DNA of 64,000 nt from Squalus acanthias (lineage: Eukaryota). The stretch is taken from positions 12,278,001 through 12,342,000 of the forward strand of contig CM059433.1 of the NCBI GenBank assembly GCA_030390025.1. The letters are read 5' to 3'. A model generated the notes under the pieces. The model was not told the DNA's origin, searched no databases, and saw only the letters and a program-made list of their open reading frames with translations. Each line of letters opens with the position of its first letter. Within the stretch, counting starts at the first letter, position 1. Positions 49,404 to 61,547 of the stretch are shown here, piece by piece. Made by a program: the position numbers and the translations under genes.

Positions 49404-50959
49404 TGTAATAATGACAGGAAGACTTCCACAGACAAAGGGAGAGGCCCATGCTACAAGAAGAAAGTAATGGACAAAATTGGACCTGGTTGTGCCTGTTTTC
49501 TGGGCGGAAACAGGTGCAAAGCGGTCCAATTGAGGGACTACCCCCCCATGCCCGAATAGCGTCAGAAACATATCCAATATCATATTGGTTCGGGCTGCCG
49601 CCTAAAACAGGTGTTAAGCCCCTTTAATATTCTAATAAGGGTCCTAATGCCTGTTTTAGGACCCAAACCAGAAATTGGTTTGCCAATTATCTGGTCTTCG
49701 TGTGGCCTAACCAGTGGTCCTTAAGGGAACCGCTAGAAGCCACCACCAAAAACCTAAGTTTATAAAAAAATTACTTACTTGAATGTGGAGCCGGGAGAAG
49801 CAGAGGGCGAGGGTGCATCGGCTGGGGAAGAGGTTGATCAGGACAACCAGCCTCCAACAGCGAGGAAAAGGAGGTCACAACTTATAGCCTGGTGCTTTCA
49901 ATGACTAAAGGTTGACGTACAAAGTACAGGCACTCTACACCTGCCTGTTCGCCCACCCACACCCTCACAGAAGAGCTTGTATCGTTGCTCCCTGAAGAAA
50001 TACTGGCTAGATCACAAGGCTTTGAACAAAAAGGTGCCGGTACCTACTGTGTGCATTTCCCACCTTTTAACAACCTTCTGTTGCCACTTTGCCTCCAACC
50101 TCGTCATCTCCCACAGCCTCATTTGCCTGGCTGCCTACGATTTACAGTGTCTCCCACTTATGTGGACTGAGGCTTTTCAGTAATGGTGCTCCTCACTGGT
50201 TGCATTTCTCTGGAGCTGGTTACGGGTCCGCTTTTTCTTTGGAGGGAGAGAAGACAATGTTCAAGGCATGCGGGTGGCATGGACATTGTGGCATGGACAT
50301 CTACCCGTGTGAATGCATGCATCCCATGAGAGGTGGATGCCCGTTGTTCCTTTAACTGAGGTGTCCTTGAAGACTAGTAGGAGCCTTTGTGGCAGGGAAA
50401 TGTGAGTTACCAAAGTGGTTTTGGGTAAAAATGGCGCTTGAGTGTTTTCAGAGATTTTCCTTTGCATAAGTGAGTTTTGCTAACACCCAGGAGCTGAGAG
50501 AAAGTGTATGAGAGGTAAAGAGGAGAGTGACGGGGTATGAGTATTGGTATCAGAGTCTTGACTTACCCTTGAGAGATCATTGAACCTCTTCTGCACTGTG
50601 TGGCAGTTCTGTAAGTGGTAGTGGTTGTACTGACAACTTCTGATAATTGAATGACACTCTTACAGGGCTTCCTGTCCTCTGTGGCCAAGAGTCTCTTCCT
50701 TCTGTGTTCATGCTACTGGATTCAGTGTACATAACTTTATATTTGTCAGCACTAAAGTCCTTTGCCATTCCCTTGTGCATTTGCTCAATTGCTCCAGGTC
50801 CGTTTGAATGGTATCATTCTCTTTTATATTTGCCACTGAGTGACATTGATTTGTGTCATCAGCATCTTTTATATTTTTTTATACAGAAGTTCTTTTCTCT
50901 AAGTCAACAAGTTGGAGTTTCTGCAGGATGGGAGATCAGCAAGGAGTGCATGGAGTAGT

Positions 50960-52740
50960 CAACAACAACAACAACTTGTATTTATATAGCGCCTTTAACA
51001 TAGTAAAACGTCCCAAGGCGCTTCACAGGATTATTATAAGACAAGAAATTTGACACCGAGCCACATAAGGGGAAATTAGGGCAGATTATTAAAAGCTTGG
51101 ACAAAGAGGTAGATTTTAAGGAGTGACATGAATCTTGTCATTCATGTGGAAATGACTTATGAAGTAATACTGGGCGGCCTGCTGGTGGCACTGTCCAGGG
51201 AGAGTATAAATACTCGGGCATGGGCCCAGCTTGCTCAGGACATTCCTTAACAGGAACTAGTGAAGGACACAACTAGATCTCCATGTTGAAAAACAGTTGA
51301 TTAAAGCTTTGTTTAACGCTTAGACCAAGTGCCTAGCAGTTTTCTTACGTAAAGGAGCGTCTTAAAGGAGGAAAGAGAGGTAGAGAGGCGGAGAGGTTTA
51401 GGCAGGGAATTCCAGAGCTTAGGGCCTAGGCAGCTGAAGGCATGGCCACCAATGGTTGAGCGATGCTCAAGAGGCCAGAATTAGAGGAGCGCAGATATCT
51501 TGGAGGGTTGTGGGGCTGGAGGAGATTACAGAGATAGGAAGGGCGAGGCCATGGAGTATTTGAAAACAAGGTTGAGAATTTTTAAATCGAGGCGTTGCTT
51601 AACCGGGAGCCAATGTAGGTCAGCGAGCACAGGGGTAATGGGTGAACGGGACTTGGTGCGAGTTAGGACACGGGCAGCTGATTTCTGGATGACCACAAGT
51701 TTACGCAGTTTGAACGTGATGACGGTATAGATAACGGTTTCAGGGATGGAGGAGCTGAGGTAGGGCGAAGGCGGGCAATGGAAGCAAGTGGGCTCGGTGA
51801 TGGATAGGGTGAGGGTTTAAAGCTCAGCTCAGGGACGAACAGGACAACAAGATTACGGACAGCTGGTTCAGCCTGAGAGATTGGGAAGGGAATTAAGTCA
51901 ATGGCTAGTAGGTGCATTTTTTTGGTGGAGGTGACAGCCATGGCTTCAAGCTTCTTGATGTTGAGCTGTGGGAACTTGTGACTCATCCAAGACTTGATTT
52001 CGAACAGGCAAAAGGCTCTATTTTTTCTATTACTTCTCCTAACCCCTCGACGGCACAGAGGCAGTGGAAGAGTTGAGAGAAGTAGTGGAAACGTAGAGCT
52101 GGGTTCATCGATACACATGTAAAAATGATCCCTCACCTGTGAATGATGTTGCAGAGGGGCAATAATGAAAAGGAAAGAGCCATGGAGAGATCCTTAGAGA
52201 TGATGATGTGAGGGAGGGAAGAGAAGCCATTGCTGGTGATGCAATGACTGCATTTGGATAGGTGGGAATGGAACTAGGCAAGGGCAGTGTCATGGAGCTG
52301 GATGGTAGAAGAGAGGCAATGGAGGAGAATGGCACGATCAACTGTATCAAATGCTGCTGATAAGTTGAGGATGACAAGGAAGGATAAAACATCATGATCA
52401 CAGTCACATAGGATGTAATTTACGACTTTTGCTTAGCCATTTCACCAGTGGGAATGGCAGAAGGGATTCAGACAGGGAGCTTTGGGAGAGAAGAGCACAG
52501 GGCTGGAAAACAATGACATGTTCAAAGACCTTAGAAAGGAAAGGAAGGTTGAAGGTGCATTGGAGGTGGCTGCAAGGATAGTCTTGATCTTCGAGATGAA
52601 GAAGTTCATGAGCGGCTGAGATTTGTTTTTTGAGGTGCGAGTAGAGATGGTGGAGGAGAGGGGTTTAAGGAAATAGTTGGTCATGGGAAAAGAAGCTTGG
52701 GATTCTCCTTGCCCTCTCGTATGATCCTGGAGTATTAGGT
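50960..52740 (-). mobile_element. L2 LINE (younger 3' part 50960-51720, older degraded part beyond)
   Basis: (caa)n terminus like that at 15550; similarity to 41720-42745; IKSWMSHKFPQLN, VRNLVVLF. Confidence 0.85.
51124..51352 (+). mobile_element. Solo LTR (copy 3, sense orientation)
   Basis: 5-bp TSD aggag; TATAAATA at ~51205; ATTAAA at ~51300; terminal CA mutated to AA. Confidence 0.85.
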
Positions 52741-52822
52741 GGCTTTATGTTAATTCTACTCTCCTTATTTTAATTGTTATAGTCTAGCTCTTGCTATGTT
52801 TCTCTGTTTTCTTCTCATAGTA

Positions 52823-53077
52823 CAGGAAACTCTTGTTTAACCGACACCTAAATATCCGGAATTCTCTCTTAACCGGCAAAAATCATACTCCGAAAACTCC
52901 TCTCAAATAACCGGCAATGTTGCCGAGTCCAAGTCCGAGTCTCCCGCGAACGCCGAGTTAGTCAGTGGGGGTAGTTCTCCAAAGTGCCAAAATAGCCTCG
53001 GTAGACATAACTCTCCGTTATCCGGAACTTTTGATCAAACGGCACCACGTCGGTGCCGGATACCAAAGAGTTTCCTG
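52823..53077. mobile_element. Tc1/mariner (Tigger/pogo-like) MITE
   Basis: TA|CAGGAAACTCTT...AAGAGTTTCCTG|TA. Confidence 0.85.
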
Positions 53078-53445
53078 TAATATCTTTTCCAGGTCACAAG
53101 ATCACAAGTCAGTTATGGATGAGGAAGACCATTCGACCCATTCAACCAGAAACACCCCATAGCCTCCTATTGCAGCACCTAATTTCTTCTTAAACGTATG
53201 CAGGGTTTACGTCTCTCCACTCTACCGGAAGTCCAATCCAAATGTTCATCGCTCGCTGCATGAAGAAGAACTTCCTGATATCAGTCTTAAAGTTACCTTT
53301 TACGAGTTTAAACCTATGTCTTTGTCCGACTTTAAATTTACATTCCAGATGTACTTATTCCATTCTCTCAATTATCACGTGTAACTCTGTAACATCACCT
53401 TTCGGATGTCTCCTTTCTGAGCTGAAAAGCCCAGGTATTTCCAGT

Positions 53446-54115
53446 CATAAGAACATAAGAACACAAGAAGTAGGAGCAGGAGTCGGCCATACGACCCTTC
53501 GGGCCTGCTCCGCCATTCAATAGGATCATGGCTGATCCGAACCTAGACTCACGTCCACTTCCCTGCCCGCTCCCCATAACCCTTCATTCCCTTATCAGCT
53601 AGGAAACTGTCTATCTCCGTTTTAAATTTATTTAATGTCGCAGCTTCCACAGCTCTCTGAGGTAGCAAATTCCATAGATTTACTACCCTCGGAGTGAAGA
53701 AGTTTCTCCTCATCTCAGTTTTGAAACGGCAGCCCCTTATTCTAAGATTATGCCCCCTAGTTCTAGTCTCACCCATCAGTGGAAACATCCTCCCTGCATC
53801 CACCCGATCAAGCCCTCTCACAATCTTATATGTTTCGATAAGATCGCCTCTCATTCTTCTGTATTCCAATGAGTAGAGGCCCAACCTACTCAACCTTTCC
53901 TCATAAGTCAACCCCCTCATCTCCGGAATCAACCAAGTGAACCTTCTCTGAACTGCCTCTAGAGCAAGTATATCTTTTCTTAAATATGGAAACCAAAACT
54001 GTACGCAGTATTCCAGGTGTGGCCTCACCAGTACCCTGTATAGCTGAAGCAAGACTTCCCTGCTTTTATACTCCATCCCCCTTGCAATAAAAGCCAAGAT
54101 TCCATTGTCCTTCTT
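53446..54115 (-). mobile_element. Young CR1 3' fragment inside an older CR1 (~53100-54310)
   Basis: Open 182-aa RT C-terminal ORF plus tail. Confidence 0.93.
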
Positions 54116-54996
54116 TATAACTCAGGCCTCGGACTCTAGTGCTCAGCTTTGTGGCTCTTCTCAGCCCTGTGTCCAGTGCTTGAATGTCTCATTTATGTCT
54201 TGGCAACCAGACCTGGATGCAATATTCAAGGTGTGGTCTGGTGAGAGCACTGTACAGTTTTTATCATAACCTCCTCTGACTTATATTCAACTGTTTTGGC
54301 AATGTAGTTCAATATTCTGTTGACTTTATTGATTATTTATTTGAAAACAAACCACCATATATTGTACTGGGGAACATTAAACGTAGGCAGTTTAATTGAT
54401 CAGAAAATGCTGGGCATTTCCCCCCCCGCCCCCCCACAATGAAATTATAGAATTCAGCTTTAGCCACTTTACAATAAATTATGTGCGAGGGCTGTCTCAC
54501 CACTTGGGAAAGATCTGTATTCGGATCCCTCAAACATTCAGCTAAGCCTGTACCTATGGCAAAATACTATACAAAGATAAACGTGATTAAAATAGATGGC
54601 TGGGAGAGTCGATAGTAAGTATTGCACAGGGCAGGTGGGTAGTTGGCATTGGACCAAATGCAGTAATCCAGTTTTCTATGTTTTATACTTATCTGCTTGT
54701 ATTTGGCAAAACACCAACCGTACTGAAATTTAACTTACAGGAGTCATTTTTTTTTTCTTCCAGAAGCCGAACGTCCCAAGCATCCCACAGGGGCTGAACA
54801 TCTCACAGCAAATAGGACAAATGCAGGAATAGAGCTGATCTATTATTCAGATGAAGTGGGCTTATGGGGTGGAGTGATAAAGTATGTCTCGCTCCCTGAA
54901 GTTAAGTGGCAGCAATAAAACACAGTTTGCAAAGTGGTCGACGGTTCGCGCCGTGTTGTTCGGCTGACTTCTCTCTTCAAACACCTGCAGGGTTCA

Positions 54997-55022
54997 ATAT
55001 ATATATATATATATATATATAT
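54997..55022. repeat. (TA)n microsatellite
   Basis: Direct reading. Confidence 0.95.
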
Positions 55023-55063
55023 GTATTACTGTTGTTGCGGGTGCGGTGCCAGACAGACTCATT

Positions 55064-56560
55064 GGCCGCGATTTTGCCGGCGCTCAGAGGGCGGGTTCGG
55101 AGGCGGGTCAGCTGTTAAAGTCGCAATGATTGACGGCGGGTCGGAAACTCATCGCGATCCCGCCTCTGTGTGAGTTTCAAGAGTGTCGGGTCTGCGATTT
55201 CACAACAGACCCGACACCAAGAGGCGGGTAAGGGATTTAAGGCACTTATTAACTCCTTGTTAAGTGCTTGTTAACTGCTATTTTGACAGCCTTTTCCTAT
55301 TTTCCAACATTTTAATAGGATTTTCACGACGTTCGGAGATCACGCCAGGTAAGTGTGTCGGGAGGACCAACGAGCTGGAAACCTCACAGCTGCAACTGCA
55401 GTCTAAAAGCTGCACTCTCACAGCTGCTCAATTTCAAATGTCAGAGGTTGCTGATTTCACGATTTGGGAGACATATTCTGTCTTGAGGCTGTATGTGTGT
55501 GGTGTTAACTCTATATCCACTGTCACCTCCATTGCTGGGCATAAAAGGCGCCCTCACCCTTCACTGTGCCACCTCAAATTGTGAGCACACATATAGCAAC
55601 GATGTTAAACATTAATTTATTCCAACATAATAAAAGAATAGAAACTTAACATTGAATTCTATCAGAACACCCAAGTGAGTACCCTTGTGATTATTTATGT
55701 GTCAGCTTTCTCTTACCTGTGCTTCTACGTGGTGCTACCCCTGTGGTTTCAGCAGATGTAGAGCCAGCCTGCTCACTTTCCTGCTGCTCCTGCTTAGACG
55801 CCTTTGGCGGTCGTCCTCTGGGTTTTGGAGCCTGTGAAGACCCCGCCAAAGTTTGCTCCTCCTGTGGCTGCACAGGGGCAGACTCGGCCATCACTGTTCG
55901 GGGAGTCATCTGGGGCTCTGACCGAGGGGTTGGCGAGGGGATGGAAGTTTGAGTGCTTGGAGAGGAGCCCCCACTTGCATGTCACCTCCCACCACCATCC
56001 CTCCCATGGACCACCCACACTTCTCTGCTAGCGAATAGCTGGAGACCAGCTTGCTGCACATCAGTGGGGCCATGAAGACCCATCTCTGTATTCATAATGG
56101 GGACATCCATGGTCCTCTGGTTCCTCTCCACGATAGATGCCCATCTATCCTCCATAGCTGACCATCTATTTAGAAGAGTCACCATGTTGTTTTGAGTCTG
56201 GCGATTGATGTCCTCCATGGAGGTTGCCATCCTTTCCATGGCGGCACCTACATTCGCCATTGCGTGCGCCACGGCATTGCTCATGTCTGAGATGGACTCC
56301 TCCATTCTCTGCACACTCGCCGTCACCATGATTGCAAACCCAGTCAGCGCCTCCTGCACTTGTTCCTGAAGCTCCAGCACCGCTCTCTTTCTTGTTGGCC
56401 CCCAGGGGCACAGCAACTACATGCAGCTGAGCAGAGCTAGGAGCGTCCTGCGGCCTCTGACGAGGACTCTCCACTGCTGTCGCTGTCTCCACCATCTACT
56501 CTTGCTCACTTGCGACTTGTGATACACCAGGTGACACCACTACATTGTTCCTACAAGGTA
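55064..56560. mobile_element. Harbinger H3: one terminus plus the 3' part of the Myb gene (- strand, 55691-56560); transposase deleted
   Basis: Starts GGCCGCGATTTT. VETATAVESPRQR, AVLELQEQVQE and APRRSTGKRKLTHK are homologous to H1 exon 3. Confidence 0.88.
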
Positions 56561-57489
56561 AGGATGCGCACGTGCTGATTTTACTCTCTTAATCTGCTGT
56601 AATTAAATTATCTTTTTCCTGCAGGTCAGATTAAAACAGAAGGGCTTGTTCCAACTCTGGCCAGATGTATTGAATAGAATGAATGTCTTTTTGTTGCAGA
56701 AGTTTTAGAATAACGACTGGAATGCTACATAGTGGCGACTCTTGACAAGAAAATAGTCTTTGAATAAAAGGTTAACGTTGGTAAGGTGTATTAATCTAAA
56801 GTACGATATCAAACATCTATAAAAAACATCAGAGATTATTACAATATGCCAAGCAATGGTTTCTTTATGTCTTGCGGCTACCTTGCAAGTTAAAACATAA
56901 ACGCACCAACGTCTTGTGGCATCCAGTGAACGACTTTTACAAAAGCAAAAGCTGAGAATTTATTTTGTGATTAGCATTGTACTTAATCGTTAATTTACAG
57001 GAGGTTTAACATTCTTACACATTTTTTTTTTGCGAGGCTGAACAGCATTTTGGTGACTATTTTCTGCTGCTTTCTCGCCCCACACATATATTACTACAAA
57101 TGCCCTTGCTATATGTTGTAAGGAATTGCAGAAAAGTGGCCACAAGGGGATTTCGAATTTTCGTCCAACTTTTTTGGACTACTCAGACAGATTGATTGAC
57201 TGTATCAACCAACCGCAGGAAAGCGCCAGAAGATATATACAGTGCAACATTTGTTTCCTCAATGCCGAAGAAACTGTGAAAATAATTGGTTAATACACAA
57301 AGTAAATCTATATTTTCAATTTTAAGATGGGGATGGTAATTGAACATGTAAAGCAAAAGCTGTAGTCAATGTGGCTCGTAAATTGTAGAGGTGAAACAAG
57401 TATATGTTTGCCCATTTAGACAGCATTACAGAATCTGAAGTGATAATAAATAAATATTTCCAAATTAAAATTAAGTACCTTAGAACAAA

Positions 57490-57780
57490 TTTGAGTAGAT
57501 AAGGAAAAACTGTTTCCAGTGGCAGAATGGTCGGTAACCAGAGGACACAGATTTAAGGTGATTGGCAAAAGAACCAGAGGGGAGATGAGGAAACATTTTT
57601 TTTACACAGTGAGTTGTTGTGATCTGGGCTGCACTGCCTGGTGGAGGGTGGAGGAAGCAGATTCAATCTATGGAGGAAGAGCGGGGGAGCGGGACTATTT
57701 AACTAGCTCTGCCAAAGAGCTGGCACAGGCACGATGGGCCGAATGGCCTCCTTCTGTGCTGTATCATTCTATGATTCGAT
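57490..57780 (+). mobile_element. CR1 3' fragment
   Basis: TRGHRFKVIGKRTRGEMRKHFF plus tail. Confidence 0.88.
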
Positions 57781-58848
57781 GAATACAAACTTAACTCATG
57801 GTTAAAATCAGTAGTATTAACAAAAGTACTGCTTACCAGTGTGTCAGTGGTGTGTGCAGTGTTGGTTTGCAGTGTGTGTATATATCTATCTATCTATGAT
57901 GTGATTATGTGTCTGTCCGAAATATGGCATGTGTGCTGTTTGTCTGTGGGTTGTATTTGTGATTTATGATTATCTCGCTGTGTTTGTGTGTGGCGGATCA
58001 GTTTGTGTGTGTGAATGAAAGGTATTTTGATGTATGGCGTGTAGTTCCTTGTGCTGAGGGATTCCTTAATGTTATTATTTCACAAGGTGGGTTTTGAGAA
58101 TGTGCAGGCATGCTTGAATCTCAGGATAGTTGAATTATCTTTGTGATTTCAGGGCTAGAATGGGAAGAGGAACAGCTGCTGGGCTGTATTGAGCCCCCGC
58201 TGGGAAAACCAGCAAAACGTCTTCGATAAAGCAGGTCTTCTTCAGCTACAAAATCTTACAGACACGGAACACAGCTTGGAAGGCGAAGGGTGAGGAATAA
58301 CAATACTTACAAAAATAAAGTTCAGTGGGCCAATAGTGTTAGGTGAAATAAAGGCAAAGTGTTAATAACTACAGGAGTGTTCCTTTCAAACATTTTCATT
58401 AAAATTGCAAGAAGTTTCAATACTATGGATTGGAAATGGAATATTTTCCTTAACGTTTTACTTAGCTTGCAGCAAAAACACTATTGATGCAAAGAGGGTA
58501 CGGTAGCATAGTGGTCATGTTACTGAACTAATAATTCAAAGGCCTGGACTAATGATCCAAGGGACTGTGAGTTCAAATCCCATCACGGCAGCTGGGGAAT
58601 TTAAATTCAGTTAATAAATTAATCTGGAATAAAAAAGTTAGTATCAGTAATGGTGACCATGAAACTATCGGATTGTCGTAAGAAACCCATCTGGTTCACG
58701 AATGTCCTTTAGGGAAGGAAATCTGCCGTCCTTACCTAGTCTGGCCTACACATGACTCCCGACCCACAGCAATTGTGGTTGACTCTTAACTGCCGGTACA
58801 GAGGGATCTGGGGGTCCTTGTACATGAAACACAAAAAGTTAGCTAGCA

Positions 58849-60437
58849 GTTGGCGCAGACTCCATGGATTTTTAGATTATGAACCCTTATTAAAAACTGG
58901 ACAGGCTGCTTGGGTGAGGGTGGGGAGGGGGGAAGCAGTGAAAAAAAACACTCAAGCTGGAGGTGACTCACGTAACCAGGTTGCATTTGTATGGAAACGA
59001 ACTGTCCTTGGGAACAATGGCCCGAGAGGCCCACTCCCAAGTCTTGATTAACAAGGCTGACGACTCATTGTTTCTGGTCAAGATGAGCTTGTTAAGTTAA
59101 TCGGCTGGGAGATCAAAAACCATTCAAACCTGGAAGGAAGCTTGGAAACCATTTCCCTGAGGCCATGTGTCCATTAAAACCACAGACAGCGGTCTGTGTA
59201 TTGGAGGGGTATGATGCGGAGATGCCGGTGTCCTTGAGGACATTCAGCCTCGGATCTGCGGGTAAGCGTTCTCCAAGGCGGCCTTAGGAACACACGACAA
59301 CGCAAAATCATCGAGCAGAAACTGATAGCCAAGTTCCGCACTCATGAGGACGGTCTCAACCGGGATCTTGGGTTTATGTCACGATACATGACGTGATCCG
59401 GACTCGAGTCGTCGTTGGCTTGTTCACAGATGTGATTCCCAGTAAAAAAGTTAAAATTTTAAAGTTTATCGTTTTACATACAGACTGCAGCTTTTGACAT
59501 GTTAGACCCCCTGTGACTCCACCTCATTGTCTCAGTTGTATCTTGCTATGTCTTTGATGTGGTAAGTTCCTGGCTGACCTGATTGCCTTTTGTCACACCT
59601 CGGCAGATAAACAGTCAGGATGATTAAATTTAGTTGTCTGCCATTGTAAGGTACACATGCATTGTTCTCTATCTATATATGCTTTGGCGATTCTGTATCT
59701 CTTTACTTCACCCGACGAAGGAGCAGTAACTCCGAAAGCTTGTGATTTCAAATAAAACTGTTGGACTATAACCTGGTGTTGTGTGACTTCTCAATTTTGG
59801 AGGGGTATATCAGAGAGCAGTTTGGATAGCTCTCTCTCTCTCCACACAACGGAACGCCAAGAGGAGCAGAGCTTTGCTCTTCCAACCGAGACGGACTTCG
59901 ACTAAGGCTGGGACTCGCATGCCGCAAGGCCGGTACAGAACCAGGTGGCCGAGACGTATGGGAGGAAGTTGCAAGCAAGATCAAAAGGGCAATCTAGGTG
60001 AGCATTGCCAAGCCTACACACCCACAAGATCACTTAGCTGTGTGAGGGGGTGCCTGTATGTTCCTACCAAACCAGAGGGGGTTTAGAGTTGGAAGGGTCC
60101 TGTGATAATTTAGTTCATGGGAGGGTGTTTTTAGGCCGTGGTAAGTCAGCACAGCAGGGGCTTGTTGGACAAGTCAGTGTTGTACTGTTTTAAACTGTAC
60201 TGTTGTGTTCACACCGCTCGTACTGTATGCGAGTGGAGTAGTTTTCGTCAACCTTAATAAACACTGTACGGGTGAGCCCGAAAACGCTGTCCATGTTCAA
60301 ATCTGTCCTCAGTAATCCCTATCGTCCAGAACTTGTAGTAAGGGGGTTTGCGTGCTCGCTACGGGCGGGGCAAAACCACTTACAATAAATGGCGATTGCG
60401 GCAGGGGCCATAGGAAATTGGCCACCGTAAACACCGG
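58849..60437 (+). mobile_element. LTR-like element inside the CR1
   Basis: AATAAA at ~60256, ...cacttaCA at 60384, then PBS-like TGGCGATTGCGGCAGG at 60390. Left boundary and TSD are unclear. Confidence 0.55.
59213..59796 (+). mobile_element. Penelope-like element family B 3' fragment (GIY-YIG C-terminus, 3' UTR, hammerhead motif 59708-59745)
   Basis: HSASDLRVSVLQGGLRNTRQRKIIEQKLIAKFRTHEDGLNRDLGFMSRY; TSD ttggaggggtat. Confidence 0.88.
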
Positions 60438-61547
60438 TTACAGCAAGTAATTAGGAAGGCAAATGGAATGATGGCCTTTATTGCAAGGGGGATGGAGTAT
60501 AAAAGTAGGGAAGTCCTGCTACACCTGTACAGGGTGTTGGTGAGACCACACCTGGAGTACTGCGTACAGTTCTGGTCTCCTTATTTAAGGAGGGATATAC
60601 TTGCATTGGATACAGTTCAGAGACGGTTCACTTGATTGATTCCTGGGATGAAGGGGTTGTCTTATGATTAAAGGTTGAGCAGGTTGGGCCTATATTCATT
60701 GGAGTTTAGGAGAATGAGAGGTGATCTTATTGAAACATATAAGATTCTGAGGGGGCTTGACAGGGTAGATGCAGGGAGGATGTTTCCCCTCGTGGGGGTA
60801 TCTAGAACGAGGGGGCATAGTTTCAGAATAAGGGTCGCCCATTTAAGACGGAGATGAGGAGGAATTTCTTCTCTGAGGGTCGTAAATCTTTGGAATTCTC
60901 TACCCCAGAGAGCTGTGGAGGCGGAGCCATTGAATATATTCAAGGCAGAGATAGACAGATTTTTGAACTACAAGGGAGTCGAGGGTTATGGGGAACAGGC
61001 AGAAAAGTGGAGTTGAGGCCAAGATCAGATCGGCCATGATCTTATTGAATGGCGGAGCAGGCTCGAGGGGCCGAATGGCTGACTCCTGCTCCTATTTCTT
61101 ATGTTCTTATGCCCTCTGAGATGGCCTAGCAAGCCAGTCAGTTAAGGGCAATTAGGGATGGGCAATAAATGCTGGCCTTGCCAGCGACGCCCACATCCCG
61201 TGAATGAATATAAGAAAAAAATATTTAAAAATGTATACTTTGAAAATGCAAGGCTCTGGAACGCAATTACTTAATCTATCTGTATAAAAAGTTTTGTAAG
61301 AATATTTAATAATGTGTGATCGCAGAGTTCCTCCTGAGTTGCTGATTGGTTCATGCTAGCCATATGAATTTTTTTAATGTATTAGGAAAATATGGATTTT
61401 CATTAAAAAAATATATTCTGTAAATATAAACATTCTGGCACTAAGATTCCAATGGTTTGGTAGTGCGTAAACCTGGCAGATCTAACTGGGTGAGGGAGTG
61501 CAGAATTAGAGAGCATTTGCCCGTTTTATGTCACTTTTAAGTTCTCG

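Larger units (their letters stand above)
47810..50720. mobile_element. Old degraded Harbinger (transposase remnants on +, Myb exon on -)
   Basis: IKVTTALNFFVTGSFQ..ISQAATHHC, QGDIDRKHAALKAP, FHSINVQLVCN-like, and GDQGCPL. Minus-strand RTATQCR..RFNDL-like exon with donor at ~50567. Confidence 0.7.
58495..61222 (+). mobile_element. tRNA-derived SINE (58495-58794 and 61112-61222) split by a CR1 (58795-58848 and 60438-61111)
   Basis: A box tagcatagtgg, B box gagttcaaatcc; ttaactgcc|ctctgag rejoins; tail shared with the LINE end at 62995-63170. Confidence 0.85.
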
